Notes: a model not told the origin generated them from the letters alone. 23,266 bases of DNA from an uncultured Nitrososphaerota archaeon (GCA_964416155.1 CAYQCW010000018.1:1-23266), one strand, 5' to 3'; positions 1 through 8,726 are shown, numbered from the stretch's first letter. Made by a program: numbers and translations.

Positions 1-34
1 AATTTAATAACCTCTAATTTAGTTTGGGATTGGG

Positions 35-1123
35 ATGCTCTATAAAAAGGATTGGGAGGAAGTTAAAGCAATCTATGAAGATTGGTGGGAACGAAAACTT
101 GATCGTCCGTTGATACAGGTCAAATTGTCCAAGGATAAGGATGCTCGTGTGGATTCTTGGGCATTTCTCAGATATTACCCAAACGTCGATGAGGCTCTAA
201 ACAGAATATTGGCGCAAACAGCTAAGATCGTATTTTTGATGGACGCCTACCCAAATGTTGTCATCAATCTCGGCCCAGGCTCCCTCTCTGCTTATCTGGG
301 TGCAGATTTAAAATTCGATGAGCGAGTCGAGACGGCGTGGTTCAATGGGAAATTAACCCTGGATGAGGTGGCCGCTGTAGATTTTAACCCAAATAATGAG
401 TGGTGGAGGTATACCTGTTCAGCCTATGAGGCTGCTAGAATTAGATGTAAGGATAAGGCGGTTGTTTCTTTTACGGATCTACTTGATCCAGTAACCGTGA
501 CAGCACAGCTTAGGGGGAACTATCCCACTAACTTTTTGAAGGATATGTTTTTCGATGGTCAGAAACTAAAGAGGGCGCTAGAAAGAGTGCAAGACATGTT
601 CTTCAGATACTTTGAAGAATCGTGTAGGATGATAAAAGTTTCGGAGAACGGATATTCTACTTGGGCAGGTATCTGGAGCCGCAAAAAGCATTTTGTTCTT
701 CAATGCGACACAATAGTCTACTTATCACCTAAAATGTTCAGGAATTTTGTATATAACTTGGTTGTCGAAGAGTGTGAGTATTTCGATAGGACTATTTGGC
801 ACTTAGACGGCCCCTTGGAATTGAAACACCTAGATGACCTATTGAATATACCGGACCTTGACTGTATACAATGGGTGCCGGGCGAAGGGAATCCGGACTG
901 CGGGGCTGACTGTTGGATAAAGCTCTATAAAAAAATACAGGATAAAGGAAAGCTAATTCAAATGCCGTACGTCCCACCAGAGAAAGTAGCGCATGTATTG
1001 GGTGAAATATCATCCAAAGGTGTAGCCTTAACCACGAGTTTCGTAACGAAAGAGGAAATGGAAAAGTTTGCTAAAGATGTTGAGGAAAAATTTGGATTCT
1101 ACATCAGCCTTCCGGTTGAATAA
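35..1123 (+). CDS. Uroporphyrinogen decarboxylase (URO-D)/cobalamin-dependent methyltransferase-like TIM-barrel protein
   Basis: 362-aa ORF with the family's C-terminal pattern LQCD..YLSPKMF..F, WHLDGP..L.HLD.LL.IP.LD.IQWVPG.G; AT-rich TATA-like sequence at 3-10. Confidence 0.8.
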   Translation: MLYKKDWEEVKAIYEDWWERKLDRPLIQVKLSKDKDARVDSWAFLRYYPNVDEALNRILAQTAKIVFLMDAYPNVVINLGPGSLSAYLGADLKFDERVETAWFNGKLTLDEVAAVDFNPNNEWWRYTCSAYEAARIRCKDKAVVSFTDLLDPVTVTAQLRGNYPTNFLKDMFFDGQKLKRALERVQDMFFRYFEESCRMIKVSENGYSTWAGIWSRKKHFVLQCDTIVYLSPKMFRNFVYNLVVEECEYFDRTIWHLDGPLELKHLDDLLNIPDLDCIQWVPGEGNPDCGADCWIKLYKKIQDKGKLIQMPYVPPEKVAHVLGEISSKGVALTTSFVTKEEMEKFAKDVEEKFGFYISLPVE

Positions 1124-1229
1124 ATTTAATATGTGCTTTCCAATTCTGGGTTTAAGCGTATTCTTCTCCACAAGATCCACTTTAACACTCGATTCTTAAA
1201 TAATTCTCTAAGCTGATAAAATCCAAGAG
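1124..1229 (-). pseudogene. C-terminal fragment of a minimal nucleotidyltransferase (MNT antitoxin, COG1669-like)
   Basis: Minus strand reads LLDFISLENYLRIE then, after a frameshift, VKVDLVEKNTLKPRIGKHILN, the typical MNT C-terminus. The fragment begins at the palindromic motif at 1228-1239. Confidence 0.7.
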
Positions 1230-1239
1230 GCGTGCGCTT
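1228..1239. repeat. Palindromic junction motif copy AGGCGTGCGCTT (9/12 to TAGCGYRCGCTA)
   Basis: Intergenic; marks the start of the MNT fragment. Confidence 0.5.
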
Positions 1240-1278
1240 AGTAATGTTTCAAGGTTAAGAAACTGTTGAGGGGTTTAA

Positions 1279-1575
1279 GCCTCAGCGACGCCCGACCTCT
1301 CCACCGACGGCAGCAGGCTCTACCTTCTCGTCAAATCCACCGGAATGGACATGTGGATGAACACGTACGACGCCGGATGGCTGGGCTGGCAGCCTCTTCC
1401 AGGAGGCTTGACCAACGTGGGACCCGCGGTAATGGCTTACGATGGCAGGCTCATGGCGATGGTCAAGGACCTCGGCCTCGGAATCTGGTGCAACACCCGC
1501 GACGGCTCATGGAGGGGGTGGACACCTTTAAACGGCTTAACCATGAGTCAGCCGAAGCTGGCGAGCACAGGGTAA
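1279..1575 (+). pseudogene. C-terminal fragment of a Trp-rich beta-propeller repeat protein (PLL/fucose-lectin-like repeats)
   Basis: Frame open from 1279: ASATPDLSTDGSRLYLLVKSTGMDMWMNTYDAGWLGWQPLPGGLTNVGPAVMAYDGRLMAMVKDLGLGIWCNTRDGSWRGWTPLNGLTMSQPKLAS, about two WxGWxxLxG blades. Visibly GC-richer than flanks; no N-terminus. Confidence 0.6.
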
Positions 1576-1616
1576 ACAGAACACCAACCAGTTTTTCTCC
1601 CCAAGCCCCATTAAGA

Positions 1617-1691
1617 ATGCTTACTGAGGAGGAGGCTTTGGAACTAGGCGGGGAAGCGAATAGGCCTCTATCGTAGAAATATGAAGAGCTA
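1617..1691 (+). pseudogene. C-terminal remnant of an archaeal type II antitoxin
   Basis: LTEEEALELGGEANRPLS*KYEEL resembles the 'LTEEDALELGRxVNxxLxxKY' tail of archaeal VapB-like antitoxins; internal stop. Confidence 0.45.
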
Positions 1692-1804
1692 AGATGTGGT
1701 TTACGCCGAATAAAGCTGCAATAAAAAGGTCGCGCGCGTCGCCAATGTTTAAATGCCTTTTAAAAGAGTTTATAAAGGAAAGGGGGGTTGTCGAAATCAA
1801 GTCG

Positions 1805-1849
1805 GTGGAAAAGCCAATAGTGGAGATACAGAACATCGTGGCATCGGTG
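1805..1849 (+). pseudogene. tbp: N-terminal remnant of a TATA-box binding protein
   Basis: VEKPIVEIQNIVASV matches the TBP first-repeat start (xIxIQ/ENIVAS); purine-rich RBS-like stretch at 1777-1787; homology stops abruptly at 1849. Confidence 0.5.
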
Positions 1850-1947
1850 AGGAAGAAGTGGTGGAGGGAACGTTAAGGACGATAATCCGTCAAGCTGGTT
1901 TAACGGTGGAGGATTTTGTCGCGCTCCTCAGATGTTCAAACTATTGA
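1849..1947 (+). pseudogene. hicA: C-terminal remnant of a HicA-family toxin
   Basis: EEEVVEGTLRTIIRQAGLTVEDFVALL is the HicA C-terminal signature (GTLxxIxxQAGLxxEEF); the N-terminal half with the catalytic His is absent. Confidence 0.75.
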
Positions 1948-2121
1948 CCCGCTTATAATACGGCTTTAAATCTGATGCATAGTTATTCACAGTTAAAAAG
2001 GTGGTCATATACGAAGAAACGGTCTAATGGTGTTGAACCCAAGTTATATTGCACCTCTAATAAACCCTATAGTTTTACTGAAAAGTTAAAATAGGTTTAA
2101 ACCGTTTTCTCCGGGAGGCAA

Positions 2122-2865
2122 ATGGTCAGTGGATTATTTAAGCGGAAAAAACTTTTAATGATAATTCTAGTTCTAGTATTGGCAGTATCCACAGGTGTTG
2201 CCGCAACCTACTTCTTATGGTTAAAACCCAACAGGGTTGAGCCAGTGGGAGCGCAGGGCTTCGTAAAGCTTCCGAGCCCTGAGACCAAGGGCACAATGTC
2301 AGTTGAAGAGGCGATTCTTAAAAGACGTTCAATAAGAAGTTATGCTGACAGAGCCTTAAGTTTACAGGATGTTTCACAATTGATGTGGGCCGCCCAAGGA
2401 ATCACGGATCCTGTTAGAGGGTTTAGAGCCGCCCCTTCTGCCGGAGCAACATATCCGCTTGAAGTTTACGTGGTCGTCGGTAAAAACGGCGTGACTGGTT
2501 TAAGCGAAGGGGTCTATCATTATGATCCTTATGAGCATCAGTTGGAATACCTGCTGAGTGGCGACCTGCGTTCAAGTCTGGCTGATGCCGCATTAGGTCA
2601 AGAATGGGTGAGAGAAGCGCCCATCAGCATCGTCATCGTGGCAATCTATGAACGTACTACAGGTAGGTATGGTGAGCGGGGCATTCGCTACGTGCACATG
2701 GAAGCCGGCCATGTAGGGCAAAACATTTATCTTCAAGCGGTTGCCAGAGGCTTGGGGACAGTGGTGGTCGGAGCATTCTATGATGATGGAGTTTCAAGAC
2801 TTCTACGATTGCCGGGGGAACAGAAACCACTTTACATACTTCCAGTAGGCTATCCGAGGGGTTGA
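2122..2865 (+). CDS. SagB/ThcOx-family nitroreductase/dehydrogenase with N-terminal membrane anchor
   Basis: RRSIRSY, LSLQDVSQLMWAAQG, RAAPSAGATYPLEVY, YGERGIRYVHMEAGHVGQNIYLQA, GTVVVGAFYD motifs; hydrophobic helix at residues ~11-34; GGAGG RBS. Confidence 0.92.
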   Translation: MVSGLFKRKKLLMIILVLVLAVSTGVAATYFLWLKPNRVEPVGAQGFVKLPSPETKGTMSVEEAILKRRSIRSYADRALSLQDVSQLMWAAQGITDPVRGFRAAPSAGATYPLEVYVVVGKNGVTGLSEGVYHYDPYEHQLEYLLSGDLRSSLADAALGQEWVREAPISIVIVAIYERTTGRYGERGIRYVHMEAGHVGQNIYLQAVARGLGTVVVGAFYDDGVSRLLRLPGEQKPLYILPVGYPRG

Positions 2866-2868
2866 AAA

Positions 2869-3063
2869 ATGTTCATGTCTTCGCATTATCTCTTTGCCAC
2901 AATAGTGCTGTACCTGATGTTGGCCACGAGTATAACCGGATTCTTTTTCTTCTTTAAATTCGGCAAGCGTAGGTATAAACTCCTCATGATTGTGCACACT
3001 GTTCTCGGTCTGGCGACGCTGTTGTTCTACATGCTAACTTACTTTCTTGCACCTAGATTGTGA
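2869..3063 (+). CDS. Small two-TM membrane protein, co-transcribed with the nitroreductase
   Basis: 64 aa, two hydrophobic helices separated by a basic loop (KFGKRRYK); starts 3 nt after the upstream stop. Confidence 0.7.
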   Translation: MFMSSHYLFATIVLYLMLATSITGFFFFFKFGKRRYKLLMIVHTVLGLATLLFYMLTYFLAPRL

Positions 3064-3385
3064 CAATCGGACGGTATAATGAACGGTTAATTAAGTCAAC
3101 TTGAATATCTCTCCTTTTACCCTAGAAACCTTTCAGAAACAATTTGTAAGCATTTTCCCATAATAAACTCGTAGGCATCTTGGAGAAAATCCTGAGGCCG
3201 GGGAAAACAGCTGAAAGCCCTCTAAGTATTATTTTTGAAGGTGTTCAGCCATGCTGGAACATCGTGGAGAAGGTTTATTTGATCATGCAAGCGAGTTAAA
3301 GGATTCTGGCTTCTCGCAACTGATCACGACTATGCCGTTTATATAAACATGATGCCTGATAAAATTGAAATACACTTGAAGATGA

Positions 3386-3398
3386 TAGTGCGCGCACT
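3386..3398. repeat. Motif variant TAGTGCGCGCACT (perfect palindrome 3387-3398)
   Basis: Intergenic; a second variant TAGCACGCGAAA lies at 3438-3449. Confidence 0.45.
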
Positions 3399-3694
3399 TT
3401 CGTCATGCAGGCGTCTCAAAGAATGGTGGATTTAGCCTAGCACGCGAAAAGCCTTCCCGGGAGAAAGCGAAGGCGAAGAAAATACGAGACTTGTTGCAAT
3501 GCTTTTTCTAAATCTGTAAGGTAAAGGTATGGAAAACCTGGGGCAAAACCTTGCAAAGAATCCTCTTCTTAACCGTTGGTAGCAGGCCTTAAGGAGTAAG
3601 AAACTGTTGCTATAACAATCTAGCCTAGTCACGTAGAATGTCAACTTGGCAAGCAGAATCTATTGCCCAAATTATTCTCCGCAGGTTAGTCGGC

Positions 3695-3706
3695 TGGCGC
3701 GCGCTA
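3695..3706. repeat. Motif copy TGGCGCGCGCTA (11/12)
   Basis: Truncates the HTH-MNT fragment. Confidence 0.7.
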
Positions 3707-3883
3707 ATCCACCTTGCCGTCCCTACTTATCTTAAGCCTCCGGAGAAGCTTTAAGCTCCTACTAACATACGCTGGACTCGCCTCCAACTCCTTCGCCAGC
3801 CCTCTCACCCTAATGGTTTGAGAAGGATTATCCAAAACATGCTGTATTATCCTCCGCTTTTCCTGAGGAAAGATCTTTTCCAT
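3704..3883 (-). pseudogene. Truncated N-terminal winged-HTH of an archaeal HTH-nucleotidyltransferase (MNT-type antitoxin)
   Basis: MEKIFPQEKRRIIQHVLDNPSQTIRVRGLAKELEASPAYVSRSLKLLRRLKISRDGKVD*; the stop codon is supplied by the palindromic motif at 3695-3706 and no NTase domain follows. Confidence 0.65.
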
Positions 3884-3983
3884 AAAACGAACATTTTGTT
3901 TGCTATTAGACAACAACATACTGGTTAAGCGCTTGCTTTTAATTAATCTTCACGGTTCCCGGTAAAAATGACGCTATGTACTA

Positions 3984-3994
3984 AAGTTTAAATA
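3984..3994 (+). promoter_or_regulatory. Putative archaeal BRE/TATA promoter of the UPF0182 gene
   Basis: AAG-TTTAAATA about 30 nt upstream of ATG 4022, which favours that ATG over TTG 4007. Confidence 0.45.
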
Positions 3995-4021
3995 CGGTGA
4001 AGCTCATTGACACACGTTAAA

Positions 4022-6832
4022 ATGCGTTTCCCACACCGCCTACTCTTAATTCTAGCTGTTGTTACAGTCTTCACAGTCTTCCTAAGCCGGGAAATCGTGG
4101 TTTTTTGGCTTAACCTCTCTGAATTCGGAGAACTATTCTTCAGACCATTATACTTCGGCCTGCTGGGCGGGCTTGTTCTCGCCACCCTAGCCTTATTCAG
4201 AGTAGACTTTAAAAACAGAAGATCCATAACATGGTGGTTCATCAATCTAGCGATCAAGCTAGCACGTTCGATAAGCATGGGTGAAACTACTCCTCCAGTA
4301 TTACCTGACTTAGAAGGCTTCAGAATGCGGCCCCTGAAGTTTCTCGTCTGGCAGGTTACGAAAGTGTTGGTTGGAACAGTCTTCTTCGCAAACGTGATGT
4401 TCGGCATGGCTGTAAACTCTATCGTGATGGGCTGGAACCCGAATATTGAAGCATTCCACAGGTTGTTCAGCCTCCCCTTCTATACTCCTCCGGTAAATAC
4501 GGCGTACGCTGAAGAAAACGTCACACCTTTAATCCCCATACTGACTCTTCTAGCCCCGCCGGTACTCCGCGCTTTCTGGATACGCCTAGTGCTCCTTGTG
4601 GCAGCGACCCATATTCTCCGCATAGTTACGCCCTTCTTCTCGACCTATGTCTGGGGCCTAGGCATGTCCAGCCCGAGAAGAGTTGCGCCGACAATACAGG
4701 CACTGGCCGCAGTCTTCCTCTCATGGCTCGTGTTCACCAGCTTCTTCACCCCCTTCATCGATTATAACACCAGATACTTGATTCTGGGGCTTGCCGCCGC
4801 CAGCGCCGCTTTAACAGTCTTTGCCCTCCTGGATAAGAGGAGGGACGCGGCAGGAGCACGTCCAGGGTCTCCGGCGCGGCAACTATACTTGTGCCCAGTC
4901 ATACTGCTCATGATCGCTCTAGCAGTCGGCTCCATAATCGTGTTTAACAACACTATTGCAAACGTGAGGAAGCTGGAGATGCTTGGCCCGTATATTTATC
5001 AAGCCATTTCCGTGAACAGGCATCTCGCGGAGCTGGACAAGATAGTAGAAGTACCGTATGAGTTCGGCTTATCATCAATCCCTCCAAGCCAGATAGACGA
5101 GCATGTTAAGAAAAACAAGGAACTCCTTGAAAAAGTACGCCTTTGGGACCAGCAGGGCTCATTCGACAAACTAAGGCCGGAGATAGGTTTAGTGCCCTAT
5201 ATAGATTTCGCAGACGCGGACATCCTTCGTTTCAACGGGACCCTCTACTGGAGTGCCTCGATGGACCTCATTATGCCTCAAACCGTCCGGCAGGAAGACC
5301 GGTGGTACGCCACCCGTTTCGTCTACACGCATGTGCCTAACGGCTTCCTCATGCTTGACGCTCACACGGGGAGAATCGTCGATGCCGCGAGGTTCTTTCC
5401 CCAGAGGAGAATCTACTATGGGGAGGGAGGATTATTCAGGGAGACATGGGTCGCATACCCCGTCGGAAGAACAGTGAGCAACGAAGTGGGGGGCTACTTC
5501 TACGACGGCAAAGGCGGAGTAGACATCTCTCCGCCTCTAAGCTGGGTCTTCGAACCCAACTTTCTTCTTTCCTATCCTGCGACGACGTTGAGGGTTCTCA
5601 GGTACAGGGATGTCTACGAGCGCATGCAGCTACTCTTCCCCTATTTCAATTATGAAATCGGAGGGCAACGCGTGGACATGTGGCCGGTAACGGATGGTAG
5701 ACAAACCTTCTGGATAATGCCCCTCATGGTGTTTCTAGACGCTGGAAAAGTGCCGTGGAGCCGTGGAAACTATCTGGGAAGACTCGTGGGATACGCTTTG
5801 ATAGATATTTACCATGGGGATATTCAGCTGATAATTACGGGTGAAGACTATTTCAGCCAACTGTTCAAAATCGCCTACAGCGAATATGTTTCCACGAGTG
5901 TGCCCGAATGGCTGAAGACTCAAATCAGGTATCCTGAAGAACTCTTCGAATGGCGGATCTCCATGTACAATTTCTACCATGTCACCGACCTCTCAGCCTT
6001 CATCGCGGCCAGGGAGTTCTACATCGTGCCAAGCGGCCTAGACACTTACTACATAATAGCCCAGCCACATGGATTCGATGAACTGGAGTTTATAGGATTA
6101 CTGTCGCTCGAGCTACGGGGAGCACTTGGAGAAAACCTCGCAGGATACATGGTGGTTAGAAACGACTATCCGCACACCGGCAAGATGGTTTTCTACAAGG
6201 TGCCTCTTGAAGCGGAGACCAAGCTTCTGGGCCCAACCGCTATAAATGAAGCGTTGGACAGGAACCCGGATTATGCTGCGTTGAAAACCCTTCTACGGAA
6301 CCCCCGCGTGGGAAACCAGATCTTCTACAGGATTGGCGACTACGACGTGTTCTTCATACCGGTTTACACGGCGCCCGGAGGCGGTGTAGTCACTCAGCTG
6401 GGGACCATTGCGACCGTGGGGGCTGACTTCAGCGGCGAATACTACGTGGGCTTAGGCTCCACGGTTGAGGAAAGCTTCAGAGCGTTCCTAGCAAAGATCG
6501 CAGGAGTCGAAACACCCCCGCCAGCGCCTGAAAAAAGCGAGGAGGAAAGAATCGCTAGACTGGTAGAGGTGTTCAAGGAAGCGGGCTTAACAGTATCAAT
6601 GCCTACAGCCGTCAACCCCGATGTCTCCTTCCACTATGGGAAAGCCAGATACGTTTCTGAAGAGGACTGGGTTGGAGTCCAGCCGTTTCTCAACAGGCTG
6701 CTGGAGCTATGCAGCATTCACCAGGTTAAAAGAGTATTCGTGTGGAGCGTAGATGGGAAAGTGAACATAGGGATCCTGTTGCGCGTCGAAGAGGTGGTTG
6801 AGCTCCATTACGTAACGGTTGAGCTCGCCTAA
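4022..6832 (+). CDS. UPF0182 (COG1615) family integral membrane protein
   Basis: ~940 aa; multi-TM N-terminal third; VRLWD, YTH..GF, RIYYGE, IRYPEELF, YHVTD...F, LAGYMVVRND, GP..I...LDR motifs. ORF track uses TTG 4007. Confidence 0.9.
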   Translation: MRFPHRLLLILAVVTVFTVFLSREIVVFWLNLSEFGELFFRPLYFGLLGGLVLATLALFRVDFKNRRSITWWFINLAIKLARSISMGETTPPVLPDLEGFRMRPLKFLVWQVTKVLVGTVFFANVMFGMAVNSIVMGWNPNIEAFHRLFSLPFYTPPVNTAYAEENVTPLIPILTLLAPPVLRAFWIRLVLLVAATHILRIVTPFFSTYVWGLGMSSPRRVAPTIQALAAVFLSWLVFTSFFTPFIDYNTRYLILGLAAASAALTVFALLDKRRDAAGARPGSPARQLYLCPVILLMIALAVGSIIVFNNTIANVRKLEMLGPYIYQAISVNRHLAELDKIVEVPYEFGLSSIPPSQIDEHVKKNKELLEKVRLWDQQGSFDKLRPEIGLVPYIDFADADILRFNGTLYWSASMDLIMPQTVRQEDRWYATRFVYTHVPNGFLMLDAHTGRIVDAARFFPQRRIYYGEGGLFRETWVAYPVGRTVSNEVGGYFYDGKGGVDISPPLSWVFEPNFLLSYPATTLRVLRYRDVYERMQLLFPYFNYEIGGQRVDMWPVTDGRQTFWIMPLMVFLDAGKVPWSRGNYLGRLVGYALIDIYHGDIQLIITGEDYFSQLFKIAYSEYVSTSVPEWLKTQIRYPEELFEWRISMYNFYHVTDLSAFIAAREFYIVPSGLDTYYIIAQPHGFDELEFIGLLSLELRGALGENLAGYMVVRNDYPHTGKMVFYKVPLEAETKLLGPTAINEALDRNPDYAALKTLLRNPRVGNQIFYRIGDYDVFFIPVYTAPGGGVVTQLGTIATVGADFSGEYYVGLGSTVEESFRAFLAKIAGVETPPPAPEKSEEERIARLVEVFKEAGLTVSMPTAVNPDVSFHYGKARYVSEEDWVGVQPFLNRLLELCSIHQVKRVFVWSVDGKVNIGILLRVEEVVELHYVTVELA

Positions 6833-6845
6833 GGGGGTGTGGCTT

Positions 6846-7304
6846 GTGAAGCAGGAGGAAAAGCCGGACGAGCTTCTGAGAAGCGTGCTGACCATAGTGG
6901 GAATAGCTGTTGCAGCAATACTCCTGATAGCGCTGTTTAAACTGAAGGGAGGAGTCTTGGGCTTTATCATCGGAACCATTGCGGCAGCGGCTTTAATATT
7001 CTGGCTGATGGAGGCTAAGAGGATTTTCGAGGAGCATAAGGCCCCTTCTTCAAAGGAGTACGAGTTGTTCTACGACCTTATTGAGGAGGAGGAAAACATA
7101 ATCTTCGTGGCGAAGGTACCCGGCCCCGCTGAAGAGGTGAAAGTAAAAATCGTCGGGGACATGCTGGAGGTAAAGGGCGGGAGAAACTTTTTAAAAAGAG
7201 TAAGGGTGCCGAAAGGCCTAGAACTGGAAGACAAGAAGTACGTCAACGGGATACTGTGGGCAAGGCTCAGGAAGACGGAGACGCTGCGACAGCAAGACGC
7301 CTAA
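6846..7304 (+). CDS. Hsp20/alpha-crystallin domain protein with two N-terminal TM helices
   Basis: YDLIEEEENIIFVAKVPGP.EEVKVKI....LEVKGG..F.KRV.VP.......KYVNGILWARL is an alpha-crystallin domain; GTG 6846 follows GGGGGTG RBS (ORF track start 6819). Confidence 0.85.
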   Translation: MKQEEKPDELLRSVLTIVGIAVAAILLIALFKLKGGVLGFIIGTIAAAALIFWLMEAKRIFEEHKAPSSKEYELFYDLIEEEENIIFVAKVPGPAEEVKVKIVGDMLEVKGGRNFLKRVRVPKGLELEDKKYVNGILWARLRKTETLRQQDA

Positions 7305-7369
7305 GCAAAATGCAAAATTAACAAGCTGAGGCTTTTCCTTCATCCTTTCTGTATCAAAGGGAACAGGCT

Positions 7370-7681
7370 TTAAACGCGCGTAAACAAAAGGTGGAGAAGT
7401 ACGACGGAAGAATGTTCTAGCGCAGTGGATGGCGGGAGTGAAGACGTACTGTTCAAAATCACTGTGTACACGAGCAAACCTGAAGTTGTCCCTTTCATCC
7501 TTATGGTAACAAGGTCAAAGTTCAGACCCGTGACTTTTATGTAACCCATATCCTTCCTGATTAAACCTTTCTCCAATGCTTCAGAACTGTCATCTGGAAG
7601 CACAGAAGCATCTATACCAGGTTCCACATAATATTTACATAAAGCTTCTAAACCTGCAAACTTTTCGCCTATCCAGCCCAT
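7370..7681 (-). CDS. Hypothetical protein, probably 3'-truncated or chimeric
   Basis: ATG with TATA-like ctTTTAAATA ~30 nt upstream; the C-terminal third looks low-information and ends in a motif-like ACGCGCGT at 7374-7381. Confidence 0.4.
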   Translation of the reverse strand: MGWIGEKFAGLEALCKYYVEPGIDASVLPDDSSEALEKGLIRKDMGYIKVTGLNFDLVTIRMKGTTSGLLVYTVILNSTSSLPPSTALEHSSVVLLHLLFTRV

Positions 7682-7761
7682 TAAATCTCAACCGCAGATG
7701 CATTCTTCCTCAAATATTTAAAAGTTATGTCGTTAAAGTCTTTGCGGCTTAGAGCGGGACT

Positions 7762-7938
7762 ATGAGGGTGGAGGGCCTATGTTATTACCCTGAGGAGATT
7801 ATTTATGTTCCGAGTGCTACACATCTGCAGCAATGGGGCTGGTGTGTGGAGGGTATAAGAGAGGCTTCTAAGTGGGCTGGAGAATGCGACATCGGTCTCG
7901 CTTTACAAAACCATCCGCCGGTGATAAGCTATGTCTAG
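7762..7938 (+). pseudogene. Internal fragment of a sugar-phosphate isomerase/epimerase (xylose isomerase-like TIM barrel)
   Basis: QQWGWCVEGIREASKWAGECDIGLALQNHPPVISYV*, matching the family's 'xxLALE/QNH' strand; truncated by the TAG of the motif at 7936-7947. Confidence 0.7.
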
Positions 7939-7947
7939 CGCTCGCTA
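7936..7947. repeat. Motif copy TAGCGCTCGCTA (11/12)
   Basis: Truncates the sugar isomerase fragment. Confidence 0.7.
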
Positions 7948-8053
7948 AATCCGTTCACTTATTTGGCTCATTTAAATCGCGGTAATGGTTTTCTTCCTTG
8001 ATGGTAGGTATTAGACTTAATAGTTATAAGGGTCGAATGCGAATAAAGAGTGT

Positions 8054-8311
8054 ATGTCGATGGAGCTTATGCTTACTGCAATATTCAAAAAGGAGGTTGA
8101 GGGAGGTTATTCTGTTTTCTGCCCGGAATTGGGAGTAGCCAGCCAAGGTGAAACCGTTGAGGAGGCTGAAGCCAATCTGAAGGAAGCCTGCGAGCTATAT
8201 TTAGAAAGCGTTAAGGAAATCGACATACTTGACAAAATATTGGAGGAAATAACAGGTGGAAGCAGGGAAGCAGCACCTGTTTTAACCGGTTCCGTTAAAG
8301 TGAAAATATGA
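8054..8311 (+). CDS. hicB: HicB-family antitoxin
   Basis: EGGYSVFCPELGVASQGETVEEAEANLKEACELYLE signature; ATGA overlap with hicA. Confidence 0.92.
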   Translation: MSMELMLTAIFKKEVEGGYSVFCPELGVASQGETVEEAEANLKEACELYLESVKEIDILDKILEEITGGSREAAPVLTGSVKVKI

Positions 8312-8537
8312 GGCTTCCAGTCGTTTCTGGAGAAGACATGGTTAAACTTCTCTAAACAAGGCTTTCAAATCGTCAGGCAAAAGGCGACCTGTCTCACTGT
8401 TTAAGAAAGTCGGCAACGAGCCTCTGTTTGTCGTCGTACCCTTGAAGAAAGAAATCAAGAAAGGAACCCTGTTAAACATATTGAGACAAGCAAGAATTAG
8501 CAGAGAAGAATTCCTAAAACTAATAGAAGAATTATAG
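8308..8537 (+). pseudogene. hicA: HicA-family mRNA interferase toxin, frameshifted
   Basis: MRLPVVSGEDMVKLL / KQGFQIVRQK / SLFKKVGNEPLFVVVPLKKEIKKGTLLNILRQARISREEFLKLIEEL*; stop at 8353-8355 and further indels at the G-x-H catalytic site (~8380-8392). Confidence 0.88.
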
Positions 8538-8711
8538 ATGACTAATCCTGAGTTCACAGAGTTTCTTATTAGAGCGGGGATAGATTCTGTCTCGATTAAC
8601 CCTGATGCTGCAGTCTTCACTCGTAAGCTTGTTGCTTCAATAGAGCGGAGGATTATGCTTGAGAAAGCGTTGGGCCAAGTTGATCCGGTCTGGGTAGGAA
8701 GACCCAGATGA
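8538..8711 (+). pseudogene. ppsA: 3' remnant of phosphoenolpyruvate synthase (copy 1)
   Basis: [50 protein letters not shown] is the C-terminus of archaeal PEP synthase (PEF.EFL...GIDSISxNPD...TR.LVASIE). Confidence 0.85.
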
Positions 8712-8726
8712 AGAGTAATAAGTAGC

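Noticed and set aside
1266-1947. ORFs 1266-1676, 1621-1836, 1694-1876 and 1753-1947 as real genes
   Set aside because: They read across unrelated fragments; only sub-segments have recognisable homology.
2122-3063. RiPP (TOMM) biosynthesis cluster
   Set aside because: SagB-like gene only; no YcaO, E1-like protein or Cys/Ser-rich precursor.
3100-3400. Possible amidohydrolase tail (LLWENAYKLF, minus strand) and PHP-like LATDHD (plus strand)
   Set aside because: Too short and degraded to support without a search.
3432-3644. 70-aa minus ORF, and DLEKALQQV in another frame as a fourth ppsA remnant
   Set aside because: No recognisable family; the LEKALxQV match is short, on the opposite strand and lacks the upstream GIDS/TRKLV motifs.
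8342-8620. 92-aa minus-strand ORF
   Set aside because: Antisense shadow of the hicA pseudogene and ppsA remnant 1.
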